The translations under genes were made by a program, and so were the position numbers. This document shows, piece after piece, positions 45,249 through 53,592 of a stretch of DNA of 64,000 nucleotides (position 1 is the stretch's first letter; every line of letters begins with the position of its first letter). This DNA is from Candidatus Nanoarchaeia archaeon (GTDB lineage: Archaea > Nanobdellota > Nanobdellia > Tiddalikarchaeales > Tiddalikarchaeaceae), in NCBI GenBank assembly GCA_041652755.1, contig JBAZGS010000006.1:6443-70442 (forward strand), in the 5' to 3' direction. The notes beneath the pieces are model-generated. The model made no database searches and was not told the DNA's origin. It saw only the letters and a list, made by a program, of their open reading frames with translations.

Positions 45249-46520
45249 TTATTCTCCTTCAAATTCAATAACTTTGTAGATTGGCCATTTTATTTTTTCT
45301 TTGCCTTTGAGTTCAGGAAGCTCAACTATGAATAAGCATTCAACAACTGTTCCCCCTAATTTTTCAATCAGGTTTCCTGCTGCTTTAATTGTTCCTCCTG
45401 TTGCAATCAAGTCATCAACGAGCAATACTTTTTGCCATGGAATTATTGAGTCTTTATGTATTTCAAGCTCTGCTTTTCCATACTCTAAATCATATGATTC
45501 TGAAATTGTTTCGCTTGGAAGCTTGCCTTTCTTTCTTATTAATACCAGTCCTTTGTTTAGCTTGTTTGCTAAAATTGATGCTATTATGAAGCCTCTGCTT
45601 TCTATTCCTGCAATGATGTCTATATCCATGTTTTTGTATCTTTTTTCAAAAATATTGATTAATTGGCTGAAAGCCTCTTTGTCTTTGAATAGTGTTGTTA
45701 CATCCCTAAACATTATTCCTTTTTTTGGCCAATTTGGAACTGTTCTTATGCTTGATTTTATTAAGTCTAGGGAAACATTTGAAAGTTTATCAATTATTCT
45801 TATAAGCAATTCCTTCATTTTGCTTGAGTTTTTGTCAAATATTTTAAGGATGTCTTCCCAGCTAACTGGCTCTTCATCGGTTTTCCAGCAGTCATAATCA
45901 GTGCTCATTGCTATTGCCAAGTATTCAATGCCTGCTTCTTTTGCGAGTATTGCTTCAGGAGCTATGCTCATATTTATTACATCAGCTCCCCATTGCCTAA
46001 ACATGTTGCTTTCTGCCTTGGTTGAGAATCTTGGGCCTTCAATAGTTATCACTGTTGCTTTTTTGTGGTAATTAAGTTTTAATTCTTCGCAAGCGCTGAT
46101 TGCTTTTTTTCTTAGCATTTCGCAGAAAGGCTCTGCCAAACTTACATGCATTGGCCCTTTAGTAAAATCATCATGGAAAGTGATTTCTCTATGCCTTGTG
46201 AAATCAATAAAATCTGATAATATTAAAAAATCTCCTCTTTTTATGTGCTCCCTTAGCGAGCCAACAGCTGTTGTTGATAAAATATGAGTGCATCCTAATT
46301 TTTTCAAGGCGTAAATGTTTGCTCTGTTGTTGACTTTTGAAGGAGGTATTTGGTGCTTTTTTCCATGCCTTGAAAGTATAAATACTTCAATGTTGCTTAT
46401 TTTTCCTGAAGTTATGCTTGATGAAGTTTTTCCATATGGAGTTTTTATTTCAAGCTCTTTTGGATTTTTTATAATTTTAGGGTTATCTAGTCCGCTTCCG
46501 CCGATTATTCCTAATTTCAT
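45249..46520 (-). CDS. mtnP-apt: Fusion protein: 5'-methylthioadenosine/purine nucleoside phosphorylase (N-terminal) and adenine phosphoribosyltransferase (C-terminal)
   Basis: The N-terminal 260 aa (MKLGIIGGSGLDNP...LSRHGKKHQIPPSKVNNRANIYALKKLGCTHIL) matches MTAP. The C-terminal 165 aa (PKKGIMFRDVTTL...GIESRGFI...RKKGKLPSETISESYDLEYGKAELEIHKD...VLLVDDLIATGGT) matches APRT. One uninterrupted 423-aa frame. Confidence 0.85.
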   Translation of the reverse strand: MKLGIIGGSGLDNPKIIKNPKELEIKTPYGKTSSSITSGKISNIEVFILSRHGKKHQIPPSKVNNRANIYALKKLGCTHILSTTAVGSLREHIKRGDFLILSDFIDFTRHREITFHDDFTKGPMHVSLAEPFCEMLRKKAISACEELKLNYHKKATVITIEGPRFSTKAESNMFRQWGADVINMSIAPEAILAKEAGIEYLAIAMSTDYDCWKTDEEPVSWEDILKIFDKNSSKMKELLIRIIDKLSNVSLDLIKSSIRTVPNWPKKGIMFRDVTTLFKDKEAFSQLINIFEKRYKNMDIDIIAGIESRGFIIASILANKLNKGLVLIRKKGKLPSETISESYDLEYGKAELEIHKDSIIPWQKVLLVDDLIATGGTIKAAGNLIEKLGGTVVECLFIVELPELKGKEKIKWPIYKVIEFEGE

Positions 46521-46569
46521 AGTAGTTTAGATTAAAATCTTGCTTTTTAAATTATTCTATAATAAATAA

Positions 46570-47022
46570 TTATTCAATTAATATATTTTTTTCTTTTATA
46601 GTGTTTAATATGATGTTTGTTTCTGTTCTTTCAACAAAGTCAAAGGTCTGGATTTTCTTTAAAAAAGCATCCATCATTCTTCTGTTTTTGAACTTTGCAA
46701 TAATGATTGCGTCAAAGTTGCCAGTTACATCATAGACTGCAAAAACCCCTTTTAGTACAGCTATTTTTTGCTCAACATCAAAAAGCCTTCCTTTAGCGAT
46801 TCTCATATGGATTAACACCTGAACATCGTAGCCTGCTTGCTCATAATCAATTTCAGCAGTGTATGACTTAATTGTTTTATTTTTTTCTAATTCTTTCACT
46901 CTATTCATTATTGTTACTGCTGACAATTTCAGTTTTTTACCTATTTCTCTATAAGATTGCTTTGAGTTCCCTATTAGGCTATTTAATATTTCCTTGTCTT
47001 TTTCATCAATCATGATTAACAA
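46570..47022 (-). CDS. lrp: Lrp/AsnC-family transcription regulator
   Basis: N-terminal HTH (SYREIGKKLKLSAVTIMNRVKELE) and a C-terminal RAM domain. Divergent from glnA. Confidence 0.8.
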   Translation of the reverse strand: MLIMIDEKDKEILNSLIGNSKQSYREIGKKLKLSAVTIMNRVKELEKNKTIKSYTAEIDYEQAGYDVQVLIHMRIAKGRLFDVEQKIAVLKGVFAVYDVTGNFDAIIIAKFKNRRMMDAFLKKIQTFDFVERTETNIILNTIKEKNILIE

Positions 47023-47040
47023 CTCTTAACTAGCATATAT

Positions 47041-47149
47041 AATATTATATTAATTACTTAAGATATTTAAATATAATTGTTTTAATATTTAACATTTGTT
47101 AATATTATTTACCCTAGAATTAATATTAACATTAAGTTAATATAATATT
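47041..47149. promoter_or_regulatory. Divergent lrp/glnA control region with four TTAATATT-type repeats (candidate Lrp operators and TATA boxes)
   Basis: TTTAATATTTAAC (47081), GTTAATATTATTT (47098), ATTAATATTAAC (47120) and GTTAATATAATATT (47136), immediately upstream of the glnA ATG at 47150. Confidence 0.4.
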
Positions 47150-48475
47150 ATGGATGCTGAGGAAATTTATAAGAAATTAAAAGAGGATAAAATCAGCTTT
47201 ATAGAGCTAGAATTCACTGACATCTTTGGCACATTAAAAGCAATTGAAATCCCTGTTGATTGCGTTAAGGAAGCAATAGAGAAAGGCGTGTGGTTTGACG
47301 GCTCATCAATTAAGGGCTTTTCAAGAATAAAAGAAAGCGACATGTACTTAAAGCCAGATTTGGGCACTTATGCAGTTTTGCCATCAAACGATGAAGCCAT
47401 AAAAACTGCAAGGTTCTTATGTGATACGCACAACCCAGATGGCTCGCCATGCTTATCAGACCCTAGAATGCTTTTAAAAAAACTCTTGGCAGAGTATAAA
47501 AAACTAGGATATGAATTAATGGTTGGCCCTGAGGTTGAATTTTATTTGTTCAGAAAAGGTGATAATGGAAAACTGCTCACACCTGAATTTGACCTAGGCT
47601 CTTATTTTGACTGCTCAAGCAATGATATTGGAAGCAACGTACGGAAAAAAATAATGGTTGCCTTAAAGTCGTTCGGGATTGAATCTGAAAGAGGGCACCA
47701 TGAAGTGGGTGTTGGCCAGCATGAGATTGGATTTAAGTACGGCAATGCTTTAAGCACTGCTGACAAAGTTGTGACTTTGAAAAAAATAATAAAATCAATA
47801 AGCAACGAGCACGGGCTTATTGCTTCTTTTATGCCTAAGCCTCTTTATCAGAAAGCTGGAAGCGGAATGCACACTCACTTCAGCGTATTCACGCAAGGAA
47901 AAAACGCATTCTTTTGCGATTCAGATAAAAACAAGCTTTCAGAGTTCGCAAAGCAATTCATTGCAGGAATACTGAAATATATTAATGAATTCTGCCTTTT
48001 AACAAATCCAACAATTAACTCATACAAAAGATTGGTAAAAGGCTATGAAGCCCCTGTTTATGTCTGCTGGGGAAGCACTAACAGGTCAGCGCTTATAAGA
48101 ATCCCTAGATTTACTCCAGGAAGGGAGTCAAGCGCACGGGGAGAAATAAGGTGCCCTGACCCAACAGCTAACCCTTACTTGATTTTTGCAGCAATCTTAA
48201 AAGCGGGAATGAAGGGAGTTACAGAAAAATTAAGATTAATGCCTGAAACAATGGATAGCGTTTATGCTAAAAGCCTAGAAGAAATTAATAAGTTAGGAAT
48301 AAGGCTTTTGCCTGAGTCAATTTTTGAAGCAATTGAGAGCTTTAAAAAAAGCGAATTCTCTAAAGAATTGCTTGGCAAAGAGCTTCATTCCAAATTCCTC
48401 GAGCTAAAGGAGAAAGATGCTGAAAATTACAGGACAATAGTGACTGAATGGGAAGTTGACAAGTATTTAGAATAA
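47150..48475 (+). CDS. glnA: Glutamine synthetase type I
   Basis: GS beta-grasp N-domain, then the catalytic domain with GPEVEFYLF, HHEVGVGQHEIGFKY, KPLYQKAGSGMHTHFS and the ATP-binding region NSYKRLVKGYEAP. Confidence 0.9.
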   Translation: MDAEEIYKKLKEDKISFIELEFTDIFGTLKAIEIPVDCVKEAIEKGVWFDGSSIKGFSRIKESDMYLKPDLGTYAVLPSNDEAIKTARFLCDTHNPDGSPCLSDPRMLLKKLLAEYKKLGYELMVGPEVEFYLFRKGDNGKLLTPEFDLGSYFDCSSNDIGSNVRKKIMVALKSFGIESERGHHEVGVGQHEIGFKYGNALSTADKVVTLKKIIKSISNEHGLIASFMPKPLYQKAGSGMHTHFSVFTQGKNAFFCDSDKNKLSEFAKQFIAGILKYINEFCLLTNPTINSYKRLVKGYEAPVYVCWGSTNRSALIRIPRFTPGRESSARGEIRCPDPTANPYLIFAAILKAGMKGVTEKLRLMPETMDSVYAKSLEEINKLGIRLLPESIFEAIESFKKSEFSKELLGKELHSKFLELKEKDAENYRTIVTEWEVDKYLE

Positions 48476-48497
48476 TAAAAATCTTTATTAATTCGTT

Positions 48498-49379
48498 TTG
48501 GGATTATTATTTATTATGATTAAGCTAAAAAAGTCCGAGCACTCAATAATTATTTCAGCAATAATCTCTTTTTTTCTGCTGATTTTAAAATTAGTTGCCG
48601 GGCTTTTGACTAATAGCATAGTGCTTATAAGCGAGGCTCTTGACAGCTTTACTGATTTATTGTCAATGGTTGGCTCATATATTGGAATAAAAATCTCTGC
48701 AAAAAAGCCCAATAATGATTTTAATTACGGCTTTGGCAAGGCTGAAAATGTTACTTCGTTTTTTATATCGCTTCTAATCCTTTTTGCAGCTTATTCTATT
48801 GGAAAAATGGCATATGATTCATTTTTTTCAGACATAGCCATTCAAAATAGCGTTTTGGCATACGGTGCAGGAATAGTTTCAATGATTACTTCAGCATTTT
48901 TGTCTTTTTATTTGCTTAAAAAAAGCAAGGAACTAAACAGCGAATTATTGTTCATTAACTCAAGGGAAAGGCTTGCTGATATTTTAAGGGGATTTGTTGT
49001 AATCTCTTCAATTTATCTGCATGAATCAGGAATTCTTTATATCCAAGGAATAGTTACTTTGATTATTTGCTTTGCAGTTTTTTTCATTGGAATAAAATCT
49101 TTGGCGTTTTCAATCAAAGGGCTGATGGATAATTCTCCTGGAAAAAAAATAATCCAAGAAATACAAATGATAATCTCTAAAAATAAGGACGTTTCAAGCT
49201 TTAAAAACTTGAGGCTTAAAAAATCAGGCAGCTACATCTTGGGGGATGTTGAAATAAAAGTTAACAAGAAGTATTCTATAAAGAAAGCTCATGATGTTGC
49301 TGACGCCCTTGAAAAGTCAATAAAGGAAAAATTCAACGATGTTGCTTCATTCATAATACATGTTGAGCCTAATGAATAA
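48498..49379 (+). CDS. Cation diffusion facilitator (CDF) family metal efflux transporter
   Basis: Six TM helices with SEALDSFTDLLSMV (TM2 metal site, D/H-x3-D) and a C-terminal cytoplasmic ferredoxin-like domain. Confidence 0.7.
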   Translation: MGLLFIMIKLKKSEHSIIISAIISFFLLILKLVAGLLTNSIVLISEALDSFTDLLSMVGSYIGIKISAKKPNNDFNYGFGKAENVTSFFISLLILFAAYSIGKMAYDSFFSDIAIQNSVLAYGAGIVSMITSAFLSFYLLKKSKELNSELLFINSRERLADILRGFVVISSIYLHESGILYIQGIVTLIICFAVFFIGIKSLAFSIKGLMDNSPGKKIIQEIQMIISKNKDVSSFKNLRLKKSGSYILGDVEIKVNKKYSIKKAHDVADALEKSIKEKFNDVASFIIHVEPNE

Positions 49380-49401
49380 AAGTTTTTTAATGCTTAAATG
49401 A

Positions 49402-50937
49402 ATGCAGTTAGTTATGGATTTTTTTAAAAAAAAGCCAATCTTAAGGCTTTATCAGGAAAAGATTTTAAGCGAGGTATTAAAATCCAACAGCTTAGTTGTG
49501 CTGCCAACTGGTTTAGGCAAAACAATTATAGGATTATCATTGTCCGCATTAATGCTTAATAAGCATGAAGGGGAATTTGTTTTATTTTTGGCTCCAACCA
49601 AGCCATTGGTTGAGCAGCATAAAAGAGTGTTTCATGAATTCTTTAATTTTGAAAATGAGCTAGTCTCTGTCAGCGGGAACATTAATCCAAAGGAAAGACA
49701 AAAAGAGTATGAAAATGCCAAGATTGTTTTTGCAACCCCTCAAACAATACAGAATGACTTGATTGTAAAAAGATTAAATCTGAAAAATTGCTGCTTACTT
49801 ATTTTTGATGAATGCCATAGGGCAGTAGGAGATTATGCTTACACTTTCATAAGCCAGGTTTATAAAAACCAAAAGGAAACCATTAAAGTTTTAGGCCTAA
49901 GTGCCAGTCCGGGAAGCGACAAGGATAAAATTTTAGAGGTTTGTAAAAACCTTTTTTTTGAAAACATTGTTTACAAAAGCGAAAGCGATGCTGATGTTTT
50001 GCCATATATTAACAAAAAAGAGATAGAGTTAATTGAGCTGTATCTCCCAAAGGAGCTGGAAGAAATTAAAAAATTATTAGAATCAAGCCTTAAAAAAAAG
50101 CTGGAAATAATGAAAATAAGAGGGCTCATTAACACAAGTGATTTGAATAAGATTAGCAAAAAAACTTTTCTGGCAATTAATGCTGAGCTTTCTAAAAAAA
50201 TAAAAGAATCAAACGATGCTGAATTCTTCAAATTCATAAGCCTTAATTCTGAAATAATCAAAGTGCTTTATTGCTTAGAAATTCTTCAAACCCAAGGGGT
50301 TAAGCCTCTCATATCTTATTTTAATGAGTTGAAAAATCATTTGAAAGTCAAAAGCAACTCTTCGCTTTTCAAGGACAGCGATTTCAGAGATGCTGTGCTT
50401 AAAGCTTTTGACATTGAAGACAAAGTTGAGCATCCAAAATTTGAAAAAATAAAAAAAATGATTGATGAAAACTTAAACAGCAATTCCAAATTCATCATTT
50501 TTACGCAATTCAGGGAGACTGCGAGCAGGATTGTGAATTACTTGAAATCAAGCACAATTAATCCTGCTTTGTTTATTGGCCAGGCAGGAAAGGAAGGCTT
50601 AAGCCAAAAAAAGCAGCTAAGCGTTATTAAAGAGTTTGAGAATGGCAAGTATAATGTATTGGTTGCGACAAGCGTTGCTGAAGAGGGATTGCATATTCCA
50701 AGCGTTGATTACGCAATCTTTTTTGAGCCAGTTCCTAGCGGACTCAGAATGATTCAGAGAAAAGGAAGGGTTGGAAGGGTTAATATTGGAAAAGTTTTCG
50801 TGCTATACACTAAAGGCTGCATTGATGAAAAATATTTGTTTGTCAGCAAATACAAGGAAAAAAGAATGAAATACGCAATCAGTGAAGCGAAAGAGTTCAT
50901 TGAGTCTAAAAAGCAGAAAAGTTTGGGGGATTTTTGA
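49402..50937 (+). CDS. hef: Hef/FANCM-type SF2 helicase (helicase half of archaeal Hef)
   Basis: LVVLPTGLGKT, DECHRAVGDYAY, VATSVAEEGLHIPSVD and QRKGRVGR. Inserted helical domain typical of Hef. Confidence 0.8.
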   Translation: MQLVMDFFKKKPILRLYQEKILSEVLKSNSLVVLPTGLGKTIIGLSLSALMLNKHEGEFVLFLAPTKPLVEQHKRVFHEFFNFENELVSVSGNINPKERQKEYENAKIVFATPQTIQNDLIVKRLNLKNCCLLIFDECHRAVGDYAYTFISQVYKNQKETIKVLGLSASPGSDKDKILEVCKNLFFENIVYKSESDADVLPYINKKEIELIELYLPKELEEIKKLLESSLKKKLEIMKIRGLINTSDLNKISKKTFLAINAELSKKIKESNDAEFFKFISLNSEIIKVLYCLEILQTQGVKPLISYFNELKNHLKVKSNSSLFKDSDFRDAVLKAFDIEDKVEHPKFEKIKKMIDENLNSNSKFIIFTQFRETASRIVNYLKSSTINPALFIGQAGKEGLSQKKQLSVIKEFENGKYNVLVATSVAEEGLHIPSVDYAIFFEPVPSGLRMIQRKGRVGRVNIGKVFVLYTKGCIDEKYLFVSKYKEKRMKYAISEAKEFIESKKQKSLGDF

Positions 50938-51545
50938 AATTGATAATTGTTGACAACAGGGAATTTAGGAGCAAAGTTGTTAGGGAGCTTTTCAAGAAAG
51001 GTGTTGAGTTAATTCCTAAGCAATTAAGCATAGGGGATTACATTATTGGCGATGTCTGCATTGAAAGAAAAAGCATTAAGGATTTTTATGGCTCAATTAT
51101 TGACAAAAGAATTTTTGAGCAGCTAAAAAGCATTAAAAGCAATTACGAAAAAAAACTATTAATTGTGGAAGGCGAAGGTTTTGAAAGAAACATACATCCT
51201 AATGCAATCAAAGGCTTGATTGCAAGCATAACTATTGACTATAAGATGCCTATAATTTTTTTGAAAGACTCTATTGAAACTGCTGAATTCTTGGGAATTA
51301 TTGACAAGAGAATGCAGAAAAAAATAACCCCCATAATAGCTGTTAAGAAAGCTAAAAACAATTATGACTCAGCGATTAATGTTTTATGCTTAATTCCTGG
51401 CATTGGAATCAAGAATGCAAACAATTTGTTAAATGAGTTTAAATCCCTTAAGAATGTTTTTTTAGCAACAGAGAAAGAGATGATTCGAGTATTAGGCGAG
51501 AAATGCGCAAAAAATTTCACCAAATTCATTAATGAAGATTTTTAA
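50934..51545 (+). CDS. hef: ERCC4 (XPF/Hef) nuclease domain plus HhH2; no ATG (TTG at 50934), frame open back to 50886
   Basis: ERCC4 motif GDYIIGDVCIERKSIKDF (GDY...ERK...D) and HhH LIPGIGIKNANNLL. In frame -1 relative to the helicase ORF. Confidence 0.75.
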   Translation: MKLIIVDNREFRSKVVRELFKKGVELIPKQLSIGDYIIGDVCIERKSIKDFYGSIIDKRIFEQLKSIKSNYEKKLLIVEGEGFERNIHPNAIKGLIASITIDYKMPIIFLKDSIETAEFLGIIDKRMQKKITPIIAVKKAKNNYDSAINVLCLIPGIGIKNANNLLNEFKSLKNVFLATEKEMIRVLGEKCAKNFTKFINEDF

Positions 51546-51571
51546 TTAATAAGCCAATAAAAGAGATTATT

Positions 51572-52093
51572 ATGCATAAAAAAATAGAGGCTGATTATTT
51601 CAATAAAAAGTGCTTGAAAATCTTTCTTTACATGGCAAAATTCTTGCTGCTTTCTATTCCAATAATACTAATAGTCAGAATAGATTTATATTTTATTCAA
51701 AAAATTTATGCATTGATTAATAATGCTTTGCTTAACATTTTAGGGATAAAAACTGTTTTTTTTGACTCATTCTCATCATCAGGCCTAAGCCCTTCAATAT
51801 ATTTTAACCAAAAAATCATAAGAATTGACTCTGCTTGCACTGGAATCAGGAGCTTTTATCTGCTGTTTGCAATGATTTTTGCATCCAATGCAGCGCTTTT
51901 TAAAAAATTCAAATATTTAATGCTCGGAGCTTATGCAATAATAACTGTAAATATATTAAGAGTGCTTGTAAGCTCATTATTATTCTTTAATAACCTCATG
52001 GGATTTGACAGCATTATTTGGTCAATAAGCCTTAATTTGGCTGCATTTGCTGTTTTTTATTTTTTTATAAAGAATACCCAAAAAAACATTTGA
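51572..52093 (+). CDS. Exosortase/archaeosortase-family integral membrane protein (short form)
   Basis: DSACTGIRS (Cys-x-Gly-x-Arg-Ser active-site-like motif) and downstream TVNILRV (Asn/Arg motif) in TM helices. Only 173 aa, shorter than typical ArtA. Confidence 0.4.
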   Translation: MHKKIEADYFNKKCLKIFLYMAKFLLLSIPIILIVRIDLYFIQKIYALINNALLNILGIKTVFFDSFSSSGLSPSIYFNQKIIRIDSACTGIRSFYLLFAMIFASNAALFKKFKYLMLGAYAIITVNILRVLVSSLLFFNNLMGFDSIIWSISLNLAAFAVFYFFIKNTQKNI

Positions 52094-52131
52094 AATGTTT
52101 TAAAAATAATTAAACCCTTTAATTTATCTAT

Positions 52132-52956
52132 ATGAAGGAAAAAATTGTGCAGTTGATCCAGAAAATAGGGCCAATAGTGCCTACTGATATTTCAAAAGAA
52201 TTAGGCATTGACAGCTACGTTGCTTCAGCAATTATAAGCGAAATGATTAGGGAAGGATTAATCCTTTATTCTTATAAAAAAATGACAACTAGTCCATTAT
52301 ATTACCTGAAAGGCCAAGAGGAGCTTGTGCGAAAAAGGCTAACCACTATTCTTAAAATCCCTGAAATTAATATTTTAGAATTTTTTAAGAACAATAAATT
52401 GGTTGCTAAGGAAAACTTGGAGCCCCAGCAAAGATACATGGTTGATGATTTAAGGGATTTCATAACCCCTATGGTTCTGAAAATTAACGGCGAAGACAAA
52501 GCATTTTATAAGCATTATTCAATAAGCGAATCAGAGGTTATTGAAAAGTTCAACAAGTGGAAGCAGGACCAAACTAAAGAAGTTGCTGAAGCTAAGCAGC
52601 AAAAAATTATTGAAACATCAGAAAAAGAAGAGCATGAAACGCCTAAGCAGCAAAGAATTGACTCTGCAACTGACAAATTTTTCATCAAGAATGGTTTAGA
52701 AATCATTGAATCCTTAATTGTTAAAAAATCGAGCGAGTACGATTTCGTGGCAAAACAGAGTTCAAGCGTTGGCCAAACATTTTTTGTAAAATACTTGAAA
52801 AAAGCAAGCATTAATGATTCCGATATTAGCAAAGCATACACTGCTGCGCAGTCCAAGAAGATGCCCTGCATAATATTAATCACTGGAAAACTTTCAAAAA
52901 AAGCCCAAGAGTTAATAGCAAACTTAGGATATTTGGTTAATGTTATTAAAATATAA
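52132..52956 (+). CDS. Winged-helix (TFE-alpha-like N-terminus) protein of unknown function
   Basis: N-terminal IVQLIQKIGPIVPTDISKELGIDSYVASAIISEMIREGLI is wHTH-like. No zinc ribbon. C-terminal region uncharacterised. Confidence 0.3.
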   Translation: MKEKIVQLIQKIGPIVPTDISKELGIDSYVASAIISEMIREGLILYSYKKMTTSPLYYLKGQEELVRKRLTTILKIPEINILEFFKNNKLVAKENLEPQQRYMVDDLRDFITPMVLKINGEDKAFYKHYSISESEVIEKFNKWKQDQTKEVAEAKQQKIIETSEKEEHETPKQQRIDSATDKFFIKNGLEIIESLIVKKSSEYDFVAKQSSSVGQTFFVKYLKKASINDSDISKAYTAAQSKKMPCIILITGKLSKKAQELIANLGYLVNVIKI

Positions 52957-52960
52957 AAAT

Positions 52961-53124
52961 AGCGAGGAGTAAATTTAAGAACCAACCCTTTGCTTCGCAA
53001 AGCGTTGGCGGAAAATCAAACTCAAAAATTTAATAAATATTTAGCGAGGAGTAAATTTAAGAACCAACCCTTTGCTTCGCAAAGCGTTGGCGGAAAATCA
53101 AACTCAAAAATTTAATAAATATTT
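52961..53124. repeat. Two tandem 82-bp direct repeats, each carrying a 10-nt copy of the tRNA-iMet 3' end and an internal GC-rich hairpin
   Basis: Unit AGCGAGGAGTAAATTTAAGAACCAACCCTTTGCTTCGCAAAGCGTTGGCGGAAAATCAAACTCAAAAATTTAATAAATATTT at 52961 and 53043. The third occurrence of AGCGAGGAGT (53125) is the tRNA itself. Hairpin CCAAC-C-CTTTGC-TTC-GCAAAG-C-GTTGG. Confidence 0.8.
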
Positions 53125-53198
53125 AGCGAGGAGTGGATTTGAACCACTGACCTTCGGGTTATGAGCCCAACGGGCACTCCAAACTGCCCTACCTCGCT
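53124..53198 (-). tRNA. Initiator tRNA-Met (anticodon CAT), no intron
   Basis: Acceptor AGCGAGG/CCTCGCT with A1:U72. Three G:C pairs closing the anticodon stem (TTGGG/CCCGA) and loop CTCATAA. T-arm AGTGG-TTCAAAT-CCACT. Discriminator A. These are archaeal initiator features. Confidence 0.85.
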
Positions 53199-53250
53199 AT
53201 AATATTATTCATTGATTATTTGCTTATTAAAAAGGTTACTAAAAACTTGC

Positions 53251-53583
53251 TTATTTTTTTTTTAAAATATTTATTATATCTTTTATGGGCTCAATAATTT
53301 TTGTTAACAAAAAAATAATTGAACCCATTAAAATAATATTATATAATTTAATTCCTGACTCAAATGGCAGCGTTTCTGCTATATAAGCTAATATTCCAAT
53401 TAATGGAAAAAATATGATTATTTCTTTTTTCATTTTGTCATACTTTAAGTAATAAAGGCAAGGGATTGCAATTATTAAGTATAAGCATACGCCTAAAGGC
53501 AAATCATTTAATAAATAACCTATAAGCATGAAAACAATTAATGAAACTAAAGATATTGCTTTTAATGCACTGTCATTTATCAT
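53251..53583 (-). CDS. Hypothetical small membrane protein
   Basis: Three hydrophobic helices, 110 aa. Confidence 0.25.
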   Translation of the reverse strand: MINDSALKAISLVSLIVFMLIGYLLNDLPLGVCLYLIIAIPCLYYLKYDKMKKEIIIFFPLIGILAYIAETLPFESGIKLYNIILMGSIIFLLTKIIEPIKDIINILKKK

Positions 53584-53592
53584 ATTAATCGC

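Noticed and set aside
52961-53124. Considered whether the 82-bp tandem repeats form a CRISPR array
   Set aside because: There are only two units, 82 bp long, with no repeat-spacer alternation and no cas genes. Each unit ends in tRNA 3'-end sequence, so it was treated as an att-like or tandem duplication instead.
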